64,000 nt of DNA from Acidobacteriota bacterium (lineage in GTDB: Bacteria > Acidobacteriota > Terriglobia > Terriglobales > SCQP01): positions 5,753-69,752 of the forward strand of contig DAHVCP010000050.1 in the NCBI GenBank assembly GCA_027314025.1, given 5' to 3'. Position 1 is the stretch's first letter. Each line of letters begins with the position of its first letter. A model generated the notes under the pieces. It had not been told where the DNA came from and searched no databases. It worked only from the letters and a program-made list of their open reading frames with translations. Both the position numbers and the translations under genes were made by a program. Positions 19,942 through 29,746 of this stretch are shown piece after piece.

Positions 19942-20445
19942 CTCCGCGCCGGTGCGTTCCCGGGCGCTAGTCTCGCGAGGCAACCGCCGCCCCGGCGGAC
20001 GAATCGTACCGCTAGGCGGACAAGAAGAGCGTTTTGCTTGGAACCTCAATTATTCGGCGCAAGCCAAATAAGGAGCACCCAGCAAAGCGTCTTGCCTTGT
20101 CCGCCATTTCTTTGGCCTCCCGCAACAATTTGACTTCGCGCTAGGCGCGGCTAAAATAACCATGAGGACCCTGCGCTTTCCCAGCGATACGATCTGGGCC
20201 AAATTCAGCGCCGGCGGGCGCCGGCTGCTGGTGGTCACGGAGAGTCAGACGGCCTACCTGTTTTCGCTGGCGCATTTGACCTCCCCGGTGCCCGCGGCTT
20301 CCGCGCCGGCGGCGAAATTGCCGCGCTAGACGTGGACGCGACGGCTGCGCGCGGCGCCCGCCTGGCAAATGCGGTCCCGCCTGGCGAACGCGGCCCCGCC
20401 TTCGGCCCATCCAATCTCTCAAACGAAATCGAATGAGAGGTTTTG

Positions 20446-21192
20446 ATGAGCACTGATCCCGTTTATCCCATGCCGTCGTCCTCCGGCCGAGGAGCGCCGC
20501 CGCTGACGCCGGAAAATCTCGGCCCACGGCTAGCGGAGTTGCCGACGGTATTTCTTCAACCCATTGCCGCGCCGTCCATTCTGGGGCTGTTCGGCTTCAG
20601 CGCCGCGACCTTCATTGTCGGCGCCAATATGGCGGGCTGGTTCGGCACCCTCGCCAGCAACGTGTATATAGCCCCCTACGCGGCCACCTTCGGCGGTATC
20701 GCGCAGCTCTTGGCGGGAATGTGGGCGTTCAAGGCGCGCGATGGCCTGGCCACCGCGGTGCATGGCATGTGGGGCTCGTTCTGGATCGCCTACGGCATCC
20801 TGTTCACGCTGGTGGGTGTTGGCGCCATCGCCGCTCCGGGCGCTAAAATGCCCGCGCTGGGCTTTTGGTTCATCACCTTGGCGGTGATTACTTGGCTGTG
20901 CATGTGGGTCTCGCTGGGCGAGTACAAGTCCATGGCGTGGGTGTTGGGGCTGCTGGCCCTAGGCTCCAGTTTTGCCGCGCTCGCCTTTCTGACCGGCGCT
21001 GCCGGTTGGCGTATCTCCGCCGGCTGGCTCCTGGTGGCGTCGGCGGTGGTGGCTTGGTACACGGCGGCCGGGATTATGGCGTACACCATGTACAACAAGG
21101 AGATCTGGCCCTTGGGCATGCGCCCGCGGGAAAAGGCCGCGCCCAAGCTGGCTTTTGGATTCGGAGAGCCGGGGGTGAAGCGGGGGCAGTGA
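20446..21192 (+). CDS. GPR1/FUN34/YaaH-family (acetate/succinate uptake type) membrane protein
   Basis: Six TM segments. Collinear with E. coli SatP/YaaH blocks (APSILGLFGFSAATF.., GGIAQLLAGMWAFK, GSFWI). Confidence 0.7.
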   Translation: MSTDPVYPMPSSSGRGAPPLTPENLGPRLAELPTVFLQPIAAPSILGLFGFSAATFIVGANMAGWFGTLASNVYIAPYAATFGGIAQLLAGMWAFKARDGLATAVHGMWGSFWIAYGILFTLVGVGAIAAPGAKMPALGFWFITLAVITWLCMWVSLGEYKSMAWVLGLLALGSSFAALAFLTGAAGWRISAGWLLVASAVVAWYTAAGIMAYTMYNKEIWPLGMRPREKAAPKLAFGFGEPGVKRGQ

Positions 21193-21229
21193 GCCCGCGG
21201 AATCGGCTCAAGGTAAAAATCGGGCGTGC

Positions 21230-22360
21230 TTATTCGGCCACGACCCCTTGCCGGCTCAGTTGGCCGCAGGCGGCATAAACCTCGCGGCCACGGGGCCGGC
21301 GCACATAGGCCGGCAGTCCGGAGGCCCGCAGTTGCCGCTGAAATGCCGCTACGGCATCCGGCGAGGGCGGAGCGAAGGGAATCTCCGGGCCGGCATTCCA
21401 GGCGATGAGGTTCACTTTGGCGCGCAGGCCCGCGCTCAGCGCCGCTAGGCGCCGCGCATCGGCCAAGGAATCGTTGACCCCGGCCAGCAGCACGTACTCC
21501 CAGGTCAAGCGCTCTCGCGGGCCGAGCGGGAAGGCTCGGGCTGCCGCCGCCAGGGCCGCCAAGCCGCCCTGCGCCCGATTCAGCGGCATCAGCCGTTGCC
21601 GCAGTTCGTCGGTGGTGGCGTTCAGGGAAATCGCCAGACGGGGCCGGTTCGGCTCGGCGCCGAAGCGGGCGATTTTGTCCACGATGCCCGATGTGGAGAT
21701 GGTGATGCGCCGCGGGCTGAGCCCCGCGCCGGCGCCATGGGTTAGCACGCGGACGGATTGCATCACCGCCGCATAGTTTAGGAAGGGCTCGCCCATGCCC
21801 ATGTAGACCAGATTCAGCCGCTCGCCGCCGGCGCCGGCGGCGATGCCGTGCTCATGCATCAAGCGCAGCACCTGGCCGACAATTTCTCCCGCCGTCAGGC
21901 TCCGTTTCAGCCCCAGGCGCGCCGTCATGCAGAACTGGCAGTTCACCGGGCAGCCGGCTTGGGTGGAAATGCAAAATGTGGTTCGCCGCCGCAGCGCGCG
22001 GCCTTCGGCGTCAAAGATTTCGTCGGGCAGATACACTGCCTCGACGGTTTCCCCGTCCCCCAGCCGTAACAAATACCGTACGGTGCCATCCGCGGCGGCA
22101 AACCGCCCCGCCACGGCCGGCCAACTCCACGGCGCCATGGCCGCCAGGTGCTGGCGCGCGCGCTGGGGTAGAGCGGCGATCTCGTCCCAGCTCTGTACGC
22201 GCTGCGCTTGCAGGGCGTTGAAAATCTGCCTACCTCGGAACCGTGGCCAACCAAACTCCCCCGCCCGTGCGGCGAGGTCGTCGGGCATCAGGCCCAGCGG
22301 ATCCTCCCATGCCTCTGCGTGCTGCGGCGCGGTTCGTAGTTCCGCGCGGCGCGACTCCAT
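21230..22360 (-). CDS. rlmN: 23S rRNA (adenine2503-C2)-methyltransferase, radical SAM
   Basis: CPVNCQFCMT radical-SAM cluster, GMGEP, C-terminal ACGQL. Start trimmed to MESRRAEL (ATG 22358-22360); the track's 590-aa ORF is a non-coding extension. Confidence 0.9.
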   Translation of the reverse strand: MESRRAELRTAPQHAEAWEDPLGLMPDDLAARAGEFGWPRFRGRQIFNALQAQRVQSWDEIAALPQRARQHLAAMAPWSWPAVAGRFAAADGTVRYLLRLGDGETVEAVYLPDEIFDAEGRALRRRTTFCISTQAGCPVNCQFCMTARLGLKRSLTAGEIVGQVLRLMHEHGIAAGAGGERLNLVYMGMGEPFLNYAAVMQSVRVLTHGAGAGLSPRRITISTSGIVDKIARFGAEPNRPRLAISLNATTDELRQRLMPLNRAQGGLAALAAAARAFPLGPRERLTWEYVLLAGVNDSLADARRLAALSAGLRAKVNLIAWNAGPEIPFAPPSPDAVAAFQRQLRASGLPAYVRRPRGREVYAACGQLSRQGVVAE

Positions 22361-22469
22361 ACCGCATCCTAGCACGCGCGCCGCCGGTCGTCTGGCTCCA
22401 GGAGATTGAAAACAAATGACTTTTGTCGGCCAAGACGGCGGGGCGACGGCCGCCATTCGATCCGACGGA

Positions 22470-22728
22470 CGGCCCTGCCCGATGCGGCCGCCGCGCTTCC
22501 GGCCGTACCCGTTACCGGCGGTCGAAGCGGCCCCTGCCACTCGCGGGCGGCCGCGCCTTTTCCCCCGGGGCAAAGCAGGTGCGGGCAGGCCGCCGCATGA
22601 AAGAACGCCGCGGCTCGCCCCGCGCGCGTAAGCCAGGGCAACGCCCCGCGCCGATGAAAGCCGCGCTCCGCGCCAATTAAAGCGGGACGCCCCTCCGCAG
22701 GCGCGGCTGGGGCCCGCGCTGATCAACG
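22470..22728 (+). repeat. Dispersed GC-rich intergenic repeat, family 1 (long form)
   Basis: ..GCGCGCGTAAGCC..CGCGCTCCGCGCCAATTAAAGCGGGACGCCCCTCCGCAGGCGCGGCTGGGGCCCGCGCTGATCAA. The upstream arm resembles the arms at 34830 and 43700. Confidence 0.7.
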
Positions 22729-23039
22729 TGCCGCCGCCCCATGCACGCCGGGCCAGCCGCAGCCCAGGCGCACCGGCACGACTCATACCGCGCCGCCTCA
22801 CGGCACCGCCACCTCGGCTGGCCGGGCGCATCCGCCGCCACATCGCCGCGGTTGCATCCGAACCTAGGGCGGCGCGCTCCGGCCGAGCAACGCGGCCCGT
22901 CAGCCAGCTCCGAATGCGCCCCGGCGCCGCAATCCGCCCTGCTGGCGCGACCGCGGGACGGCGGTCCGGCCCACCGCCGCATCGCTGCGCCCAGCCTGCC
23001 ACGGCGTCGCTCGGAACCGCGTTTGCTTCCGATATGTGA

Positions 23040-23068
23040 TTGAAAATAAAATAGTTATGTCAATAATT
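23040..23068 (+). promoter_or_regulatory. Sigma70-like promoter candidate upstream of the M16 peptidase gene
   Basis: TTGAAA (23040-45), 17-bp spacer, ATAATT (23063-68), inside a strikingly AT-rich stretch. Confidence 0.35.
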
Positions 23069-23152
23069 TTCGGCCCGCGCCTTTATGTCACAATGAATAG
23101 GCCGGGGTTGCTAGCGCTTTGGCGGCCTCGCCGATTTGTCTAGGAGGCGGTT

Positions 23153-24457
23153 GTGTCTACGACGATTTCCCCTATCACCGTCCCCTCCGCCACTTCCGAT
23201 ATCCAACGCGCCGTTCTGCCCAACGGCGTGCGCGTCATTACCGAGGCCATGCCCCATGTGCGCTCGGTGTCGCTCGGCATTTGGGTGACCTCCGGCTCCC
23301 GGCGGGAGGATGCGCCGGAAAATGGCATCACCCATTTCATCGAGCATATGGTTTTCAAGGGCACTACCAATCGCTCGGCCGAAGACATCGCGCGCTCGGT
23401 GGATTCCGTGGGCGGCAATCTCGACGCCTTCACCTCCAAGGAGAACGTCTGTTTCAACGCCAAGGTGCTGGATGAGCATGTGCCGCTGGCCTTGGAAGTG
23501 CTCGCCGATCTGGTGCGCAATCCGCTCTTCCGCGCCGAGGACATCAGCCGCGAGCAAGGCGTCATTTTGCAGGAAATCAAAATGGACGAGGATAATCCCG
23601 ACTATCTCGTCCATGAGATCTTCACGCAGAATTTTTGGAAGGATCATCCGCTGGGCCGGCCGATCCTCGGCACCAAGGACACCGTGCGCGCGTTGCGCGA
23701 GGAAACCGTTCGCCGCTATTACGGCCAATGGTTCGCGCCCGATCATTTGGTCATCGCCGCCGCCGGCCATTTGCAGCATGAGCGTTTCGTGGATTTGGTC
23801 CGGCAGTGGTTCGACGACCTGCGTCCCGTCGCCAATGGGCATGCCGAGGGGCCTCCCAAGAGCCATGCCCGCATCGTTCTGCGCAACAAGAAGCAACTGG
23901 AACAGGTGCAGGTATTTTTGGGTTTGCCCGCCCATCCCATCGTCCACGAGGGACGGTACGCCTGGTCGGTGCTCAACACCCTCCTGGGCGGCGGCATGTC
24001 CTCCCGGCTATTTCAAAATATTCGTGAGCGCCAGGGCCTGGCCTACGCCGTCTTCAGCGATCTCAACCCCTACCGCGACGCCGGCATGTTCTGCGTGTAT
24101 GCCGGCACCAGCATCCAGACCGTGCCGCAGGTGGTCCGTTCGGTCGTTGCCGAGCTGAGGGATTTGAAGGCCAATCCCGTGCCAGCCGAGGAACTGCGCC
24201 GCGCCAAGGACGGCGTCAAGGGCAGCCTGATGCTGGGTTTGGAATCCACCGGCGCGCGCATGTCCCACCTGGCCCGGCAAGAGATCTACTTCGGGCGCCA
24301 AGTGTCGCTGGACGAAATGCTGGAGCGGATTGAAGCGGTAACCGCGGACGACGTGCGCGACATCGCCGCGGAGTGCTTTGTCGGCGAGAAGGTCGGCGTG
24401 ACCGTGCTCGGCAACCTTAACGGCCTGAAGATCACGCGCTCCGATCTGGAGATCTAG
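23153..24457 (+). CDS. M16-family zinc peptidase (insulinase/pitrilysin-like)
   Basis: HFIEHMVFKGT (HxxEH zinc motif). AGGAGG RBS before a GTG start. Confidence 0.9.
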   Translation: MSTTISPITVPSATSDIQRAVLPNGVRVITEAMPHVRSVSLGIWVTSGSRREDAPENGITHFIEHMVFKGTTNRSAEDIARSVDSVGGNLDAFTSKENVCFNAKVLDEHVPLALEVLADLVRNPLFRAEDISREQGVILQEIKMDEDNPDYLVHEIFTQNFWKDHPLGRPILGTKDTVRALREETVRRYYGQWFAPDHLVIAAAGHLQHERFVDLVRQWFDDLRPVANGHAEGPPKSHARIVLRNKKQLEQVQVFLGLPAHPIVHEGRYAWSVLNTLLGGGMSSRLFQNIRERQGLAYAVFSDLNPYRDAGMFCVYAGTSIQTVPQVVRSVVAELRDLKANPVPAEELRRAKDGVKGSLMLGLESTGARMSHLARQEIYFGRQVSLDEMLERIEAVTADDVRDIAAECFVGEKVGVTVLGNLNGLKITRSDLEI

Positions 24458-24583
24458 CCATCCCGGCCCGCCTGCCGCCGGCACTGCATACCGGAGCCAC
24501 GGCTCGCCTGCCCGCCGGAGCGCTGGCGGGCGGGTGATGCTGCGCACTCGCCCCCACGCAGTTCCCGCCGCCCCTGTTACCGT

Positions 24584-26089
24584 ATGGACATGACTTCGGC
24601 TGTGCGCTCCGCGCTCGCCGCCGCTCCGGAACGGCGCGCCAAAATCGTTTGCACCCTCGGTCCCGCCTGCGCCTCGCCGGCGGGCATCCGCGAATTGATC
24701 GCCGCGGGCATGGACGTCGCCCGCCTCAACTGCGCCCATGGCGATGCCTCCTGGCGGGCGGCGATTACCACCGAGGTGCGGCAAGCCGCGGCGGAGTTGG
24801 GACGCGAGGTCGCCGTGCTGTTGGATCTGGCCGGGCCCAAGATCCGCACCGGAGGCCTGGCCGGCGCGGAACGCCTGGCGCTGGCCGCGGGTTCCACCGT
24901 GACGCTGATGGCCTCGGCCTCAGCCGGTTCGGCCGATGCGAACGGCGTTATCACCACCAGCCACGATCTGGCCAGCGCGGTCAGCCCCGGCGATGTCATC
25001 TTGCTCAGCGACGGCCTGATCGAGTTGCGGGTGGCGGCGGTCGCCGGCGGCGCCATTACCTGCCGCGTAATCAATGGCGGCGAGCTCGCCGGCCATCAAG
25101 GGGTCAACCTGCCCGGCGCCCGCCTGCCGATTCCCGCCATGACCGCGCAGGATATGGCCGACCTGCATGCCGGCTTGGCGGCCGGGGTGGATTTCGTCGC
25201 CCTGTCCTTCGTGCAGTCCGCCGCCGACGTGGATCTGTTGCGGCAAGCCATCTTGGACTGGGCCGCGGCGCATCCCGAGGCGCCCGGCGCCGCCGCCACC
25301 GCGATCATCCCCAAGCTGGAAAAGCCCAGCGCCATCACCGAGCTGGACGCCATCCTGAGCCGCTCCAACGGAGTGATGGTGGCCCGCGGCGACCTGGGCG
25401 TGGAATTGCCGCCGGAGCAGGTTCCGGTGCTGCAAAAGCGCATTATCCGCGCTGCCCGGCACCATCATATTCCGGTCATCACCGCCACGCAGATGCTGGA
25501 GTCCATGACCGCCCATCCCCGCCCCACCCGCGCCGAAGCGACCGACGTGGCCAACGCCGTTTGGGACGGCAGCGACGCGCTGATGCTTTCCGGTGAAACC
25601 GCCAGCGGGCAGTATCCCAACGCCGCGGTGCGCATGATGGCCCGCATCATTACCGAGGCGGAGGGCGCCCACCAGGAGGATTTCGAGCCGCGCCGCCGCC
25701 GCTGGGAGGACGGCACGCCGCATTCCATTCCCGAGACTATCGCCGCCGCCGTGGCCACCGCCGCCCGCGAGCTGCCCATGGCGGCGATCGCCGTCTACAC
25801 CCAAGGTGGCGAAACCGCCCGCCAGGTCGCCGCCTTCCGTCCCCCCTGCCCGATCTACGCCCTCGCCGCGGATCCGCGCGTCCGCCGCCGCCTAGGGCTG
25901 TACTGGGGCGTTACTCCGGTAGCCTCGCCGGAGATGGCCACCACCGACGAGATGCTGCGCCGCGCGGAGCGCCAGTTGCTGGACCACGCCCTGGGCCAGC
26001 CGGGCCAGGTGCTGGCCATCGTCGCCGGCGTCCCGTTCGGCATCTCCGGCCATACCAACCTGATGCGCCTGGTCCGTGTCGGGGAATGA
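24584..26089 (+). CDS. pyk: Pyruvate kinase
   Basis: KIVCTLGPA, MDVARLNCAHG, MVARGDLGVE, TQMLESM, and a C-terminal regulatory domain. Confidence 0.92.
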   Translation: MDMTSAVRSALAAAPERRAKIVCTLGPACASPAGIRELIAAGMDVARLNCAHGDASWRAAITTEVRQAAAELGREVAVLLDLAGPKIRTGGLAGAERLALAAGSTVTLMASASAGSADANGVITTSHDLASAVSPGDVILLSDGLIELRVAAVAGGAITCRVINGGELAGHQGVNLPGARLPIPAMTAQDMADLHAGLAAGVDFVALSFVQSAADVDLLRQAILDWAAAHPEAPGAAATAIIPKLEKPSAITELDAILSRSNGVMVARGDLGVELPPEQVPVLQKRIIRAARHHHIPVITATQMLESMTAHPRPTRAEATDVANAVWDGSDALMLSGETASGQYPNAAVRMMARIITEAEGAHQEDFEPRRRRWEDGTPHSIPETIAAAVATAARELPMAAIAVYTQGGETARQVAAFRPPCPIYALAADPRVRRRLGLYWGVTPVASPEMATTDEMLRRAERQLLDHALGQPGQVLAIVAGVPFGISGHTNLMRLVRVGE

Positions 26090-26293
26090 GCCTGAGTCGC
26101 GGGGCCGGTTGGCGGGCCGTCTCCCAGGCGTAGGCGTGCGGTGCTCCCGGGGCAAGCCTGTAGGCAGGCAAGCCGCGTGTCCGCGGGGAAACGCGGCGGT
26201 CGGCAACCGACAGGGGCGAAAATTGCTCGCCCGCCGGAACCGCCTGTAACCTTTCCACTTGGAATTTCGTACGCCGCCAACGTTAGTGCCAGC

Positions 26294-26323
26294 TTGGCGC
26301 ACTATCCCTATTCGGAGTATAGT
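26294..26323 (+). promoter_or_regulatory. Sigma70-like promoter candidate for the BNR-repeat gene
   Basis: TTGGCG, 18-bp spacer, TATAGT (26318-23), ~20 nt before GAGGAG-N6-ATG. Confidence 0.3.
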
Positions 26324-26344
26324 TTGCCGGTTGAGGAGAACACG

Positions 26345-29300
26345 ATGCCCACTCGCCGCCCTTCGTTCCGCCCCAAACGTTTTCGCCTGATCGCCCTGCT
26401 GGTGGCGTTGCCGTTGCTGGCATGGCTGACGCCCGTCCAGGCGCAGAACAGCGCCGCCAAGACTGGCGCGCTGGGCGTGCTAAAGTTCCGGGAGCTGGGC
26501 CCCGCGGTCGCCGGCGGCCGCGTCACCTCGGTGGTCGGCATTCCCGGCAACCCTGACGTGTATTACGTGGGAACGGCGGGAGGCGGGGTTTGGAAATCGG
26601 TGAACGGCGGCTACACCTGGAAAGCCATCTTCACCCACGAACCCAATTCCATTGGCGTTGTCGCCTTGGCGCCCTCCAATCCGAACCTGGTCTGGGTGGG
26701 CACGGGCGAGGCCAACATCCGCGGCGATGTGATTAACGGGCATGGCGTCTACTTCTCCCCCGATGGCGGCGCCACCTGGCAGTTCATGGGTCTCAAGCAC
26801 GCCGGGCAGATCTCCAGCATCGTGGTCAATCCGCAAAATCCGAATGAAGTCTGGGTCGGCGTATTCGGTAACGCCTGGAAGGCTAACAACACGCGCGGCG
26901 TGTATCGCACCGAAAATGGCGGCAAGACTTGGCAGCGGGTGTTGTTTGTCAATGACCAGACGGGCGTTTCCCGGCTCATCATGGAGCCGGGTAACCCGCG
27001 CGTGCTGTTTGCCGCCATGTGGCAAGCGGTGCGGCATCCGTGGTACTTCTCCGATGGCGGACCGGGCAGCGGCATCTATCGTTCCACGGACGGCGGCGCG
27101 ACCTGGACCAAGCTGACCAAGGGCCTCCCCAAAGGGCCGCTCGGCCGCATCGGCCTGGCCGCCGCTCCCAGCGATCCGCAGCGCATCTACGCCCTGATCG
27201 AGGCCAAGCACGGCCGCCTGTGGGTGACCAACGACCTGGGCAATCACTGGAAATACGTCAACAACAACCACGGCATTGACGACCGTCCCTGGTATTTCTC
27301 CTTCATGGCGGTGGCGCCCAACGATCCCGACCGCGTGTACTTCCTGGCGTCCGGGATGTATGAGACGCAGGACGGCGGCCACGTCGCCAAACGCATCGGC
27401 CGCGGCGTTCATCCCGACAACCATTCGATGTGGATTGATCCCTCCGACCCCAGCCGGATCATCGAAGGCAACGACGGCGGCGTGTATCTGTCGCTGGACA
27501 CCGGCCATAACTGGCAGTTCCTGGCCAACCTGCCGATCGAGGAGTATTACCAGGTGGCCACCAGCAACCAAATCGCCTTTGAGGTGTGCGGCGGCTTGCA
27601 GGACAACAACGCCTGGTGCGGGCCCAGCCGCAGCGGCTACCGCATCACCGGCAGCGATTGGTTTACGGTTGCCGGCGGCGACGGACAATATGCCGTGCCT
27701 GCTCCCAGCAACCCCGACATCATCTATGCCGACGCCCAGAACGGCTCCATCGGCCGTGTGGACCTCAAGAACAACACCTCCCGTTACGAGCGGCCCACGG
27801 TGCTGGGCGTCAGCGCCAAGCCCCCGGCGGATCTGCGCTATCGTTTCAACTGGACCGCGCCGATCGCGGTTTCGCCGGCCAATGACAATATCGTCTACAT
27901 CGGCGCCAACGTTCTGTTCAAGAGCACCGACGGCGGATTGCACTGGACGCCGATCAGTCCCGACCTGACCCGCAACGACAAGGCCAAGCAGCAAACCAGC
28001 GGCGGCGCGATCGAGCATGACATCAGCGGCGCGGAAACCTACGACACGATTCTTTCCTTCGGTGTCTCCCCCCATGATCCCCGGACCATTTGGGTGGGCA
28101 CCGACGACGGTTTGGTGCAGGTGACGCGCGATGGCGGCGCTCATTGGAGCAACGTCACCGGCAATATTCCCGGCTTGCCGCAGTGGGGCCGGGTGCAGCA
28201 AATTGATCCGTCGCCGTTCAACCCCGGCAGTTGCTACGTCTCCTTCGATTTTCATGAGACCGGCAACAACCACGCATATGTCTACAAGACCAATGACTAC
28301 GGCAAGACCTGGACGAACATCAGCGCCGGATTGCCGCCGGACACCCCGGTCATGGTGGTGCGCGAGGATCCCGACCAGCGCGGATTCCTGGTCGCCGGAA
28401 CCGCCACCGGCCTGTTCTATTCGCAGAACGACGGAGCATCTTGGCGGCCGCTGAAAGCCAATCTGCCGACCATCACCGTCTACGACCTGAAGTTCGTTCC
28501 CCGGGATCATTCGTTGGTCCTGGCCACGCATGGCCGCGGCATTTACGTGCTGGACAACATCACCCCGCTCGAGGACCAGACGCCGGCGATCTTGGCCAGC
28601 AACTTCCATCTCTTCCCGGCGCTGCCGGGCTACATGCTCAACTTCCGGCCGCGGAACACGCCTAGCCTCAGCAGCTTCACCACGCCCAATCCGCCGGCCG
28701 GCGTCATGGTGGATTACTACGTGAAGACCGCCGTCAAGACCACTCCGGCGGAAAAGCGGCAGCACCAGAAACCGGTGAAGATCACCATCACGGACGCCCA
28801 CGGGCATGTGGTGGACACGCTCTTTGGGCCCGCCAAGCAGGGGTTCAATCGCGTCACCTGGCCCATGCGTTACGCCGGCGCCACGCCGCTGGACTTCATC
28901 AAGCCTCGCCGCGGCGGCTATTTCTTCTTCCGCGGCATGGGTCCGGCGGCGGCGCCGGGCGTCTACAAGATCACGGCCACGTTGCATGGGCAAAGCCAGT
29001 CGGTAACGGCGGAGGTCAAGGCGGATCCCAGCTTCCCGGTGAACATGGCCAACTTCGCGGCCGACACTCGCATCGCGCTCAAGGCGCGCAACGACCTGTC
29101 CGCGCTGAACACGATGCTCAATCGCCTAACGGCGTTGCACGAGCAATTGGCGTCGGTCGCCAAAATGCTGCGGCCGTCGCAGCCGACCGGCGTGGTCAAC
29201 GCGGAGTATCGGCCGGTGCTGGCGCGCGCCCAGGCCCTGGACAAGAAGGTGATGGCCATGAAGAATGCCGTTTACAACAGCAAAGTTCAGCCGGGCAGCG

Positions 29301-29581
29301 AGGACAGCCTGCACTATTTGTCGGACTTCCACGACATCATGAGCATGCTCATGTTTGAGTTGACGCCGGGCTACGACCTGCCGCCGAATCAGGACGCGGT
29401 GGCCCTGCTGGCCAAGGAGAACACCAAGCTGCATGGGTACCTGGCCCAGTTCAACGGGTTGCTGCGCACCGACGTGGCGGCCTTCAATCGCCTGGCGCTG
29501 CATCATCACGCCAGCACGCTGTTTGCCGGCGCGCCGATTGCCGATCCCACTACCGGGAGCGGCTACGCCAGCGGCATGTAA
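26345..29581 (+). CDS. Secreted BNR/Asp-box repeat protein (sortilin/VPS10-like double beta-propeller)
   Basis: At least 9 Asp-box motifs (SVNGGYTW, SPDGGATW, TENGGKTW, STDGGATW, SLDTGHNW, STDGGLHW, TRDGGAHW, TNDYGKTW, SQNDGASW). Signal peptide. Start at MPTRRPSF with a GAGGAG RBS. Confidence 0.8.
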   Translation: MPTRRPSFRPKRFRLIALLVALPLLAWLTPVQAQNSAAKTGALGVLKFRELGPAVAGGRVTSVVGIPGNPDVYYVGTAGGGVWKSVNGGYTWKAIFTHEPNSIGVVALAPSNPNLVWVGTGEANIRGDVINGHGVYFSPDGGATWQFMGLKHAGQISSIVVNPQNPNEVWVGVFGNAWKANNTRGVYRTENGGKTWQRVLFVNDQTGVSRLIMEPGNPRVLFAAMWQAVRHPWYFSDGGPGSGIYRSTDGGATWTKLTKGLPKGPLGRIGLAAAPSDPQRIYALIEAKHGRLWVTNDLGNHWKYVNNNHGIDDRPWYFSFMAVAPNDPDRVYFLASGMYETQDGGHVAKRIGRGVHPDNHSMWIDPSDPSRIIEGNDGGVYLSLDTGHNWQFLANLPIEEYYQVATSNQIAFEVCGGLQDNNAWCGPSRSGYRITGSDWFTVAGGDGQYAVPAPSNPDIIYADAQNGSIGRVDLKNNTSRYERPTVLGVSAKPPADLRYRFNWTAPIAVSPANDNIVYIGANVLFKSTDGGLHWTPISPDLTRNDKAKQQTSGGAIEHDISGAETYDTILSFGVSPHDPRTIWVGTDDGLVQVTRDGGAHWSNVTGNIPGLPQWGRVQQIDPSPFNPGSCYVSFDFHETGNNHAYVYKTNDYGKTWTNISAGLPPDTPVMVVREDPDQRGFLVAGTATGLFYSQNDGASWRPLKANLPTITVYDLKFVPRDHSLVLATHGRGIYVLDNITPLEDQTPAILASNFHLFPALPGYMLNFRPRNTPSLSSFTTPNPPAGVMVDYYVKTAVKTTPAEKRQHQKPVKITITDAHGHVVDTLFGPAKQGFNRVTWPMRYAGATPLDFIKPRRGGYFFFRGMGPAAAPGVYKITATLHGQSQSVTAEVKADPSFPVNMANFAADTRIALKARNDLSALNTMLNRLTALHEQLASVAKMLRPSQPTGVVNAEYRPVLARAQALDKKVMAMKNAVYNSKVQPGSEDSLHYLSDFHDIMSMLMFELTPGYDLPPNQDAVALLAKENTKLHGYLAQFNGLLRTDVAAFNRLALHHHASTLFAGAPIADPTTGSGYASGM

Positions 29582-29606
29582 GCGAAACCGGGCGGCATGG
29601 GGTAAA

Positions 29607-29637
29607 GGCGGCCGGCATCAGCCGGCCGCTTTTTTTT
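29607..29637 (+). terminator. Rho-independent terminator
   Basis: GGCGGCCGGC-ATCA-GCCGGCCGC stem-loop followed by T8, 26 nt after the stop codon. Confidence 0.7.
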
Positions 29638-29746
29638 CGCGCGACCGGGCGCCGGCGGATGGCGAAATCGCGTTCCGCGCGCGGCCGCGCGCGGCCGCAG
29701 CCGCTCCTCCGCTCCGCTCCCGCTCCCGCACCCGTAAAATAGAACG

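Noticed and set aside
22361-23002. 5' extension of the rlmN ORF (the track gives 590 aa)
   Set aside because: The extra 214 residues are Arg/Ala/Gly/Pro-rich and run through a family-1 repeat. RlmN homology begins at MESRRAEL.
26480-28993. 837-aa minus-strand ORF
   Set aside because: It is antisense to the BNR/Asp-box protein gene. It is Arg/Gly/Val/Asp-rich with no recognisable domain, so it is a GC-driven artefact.
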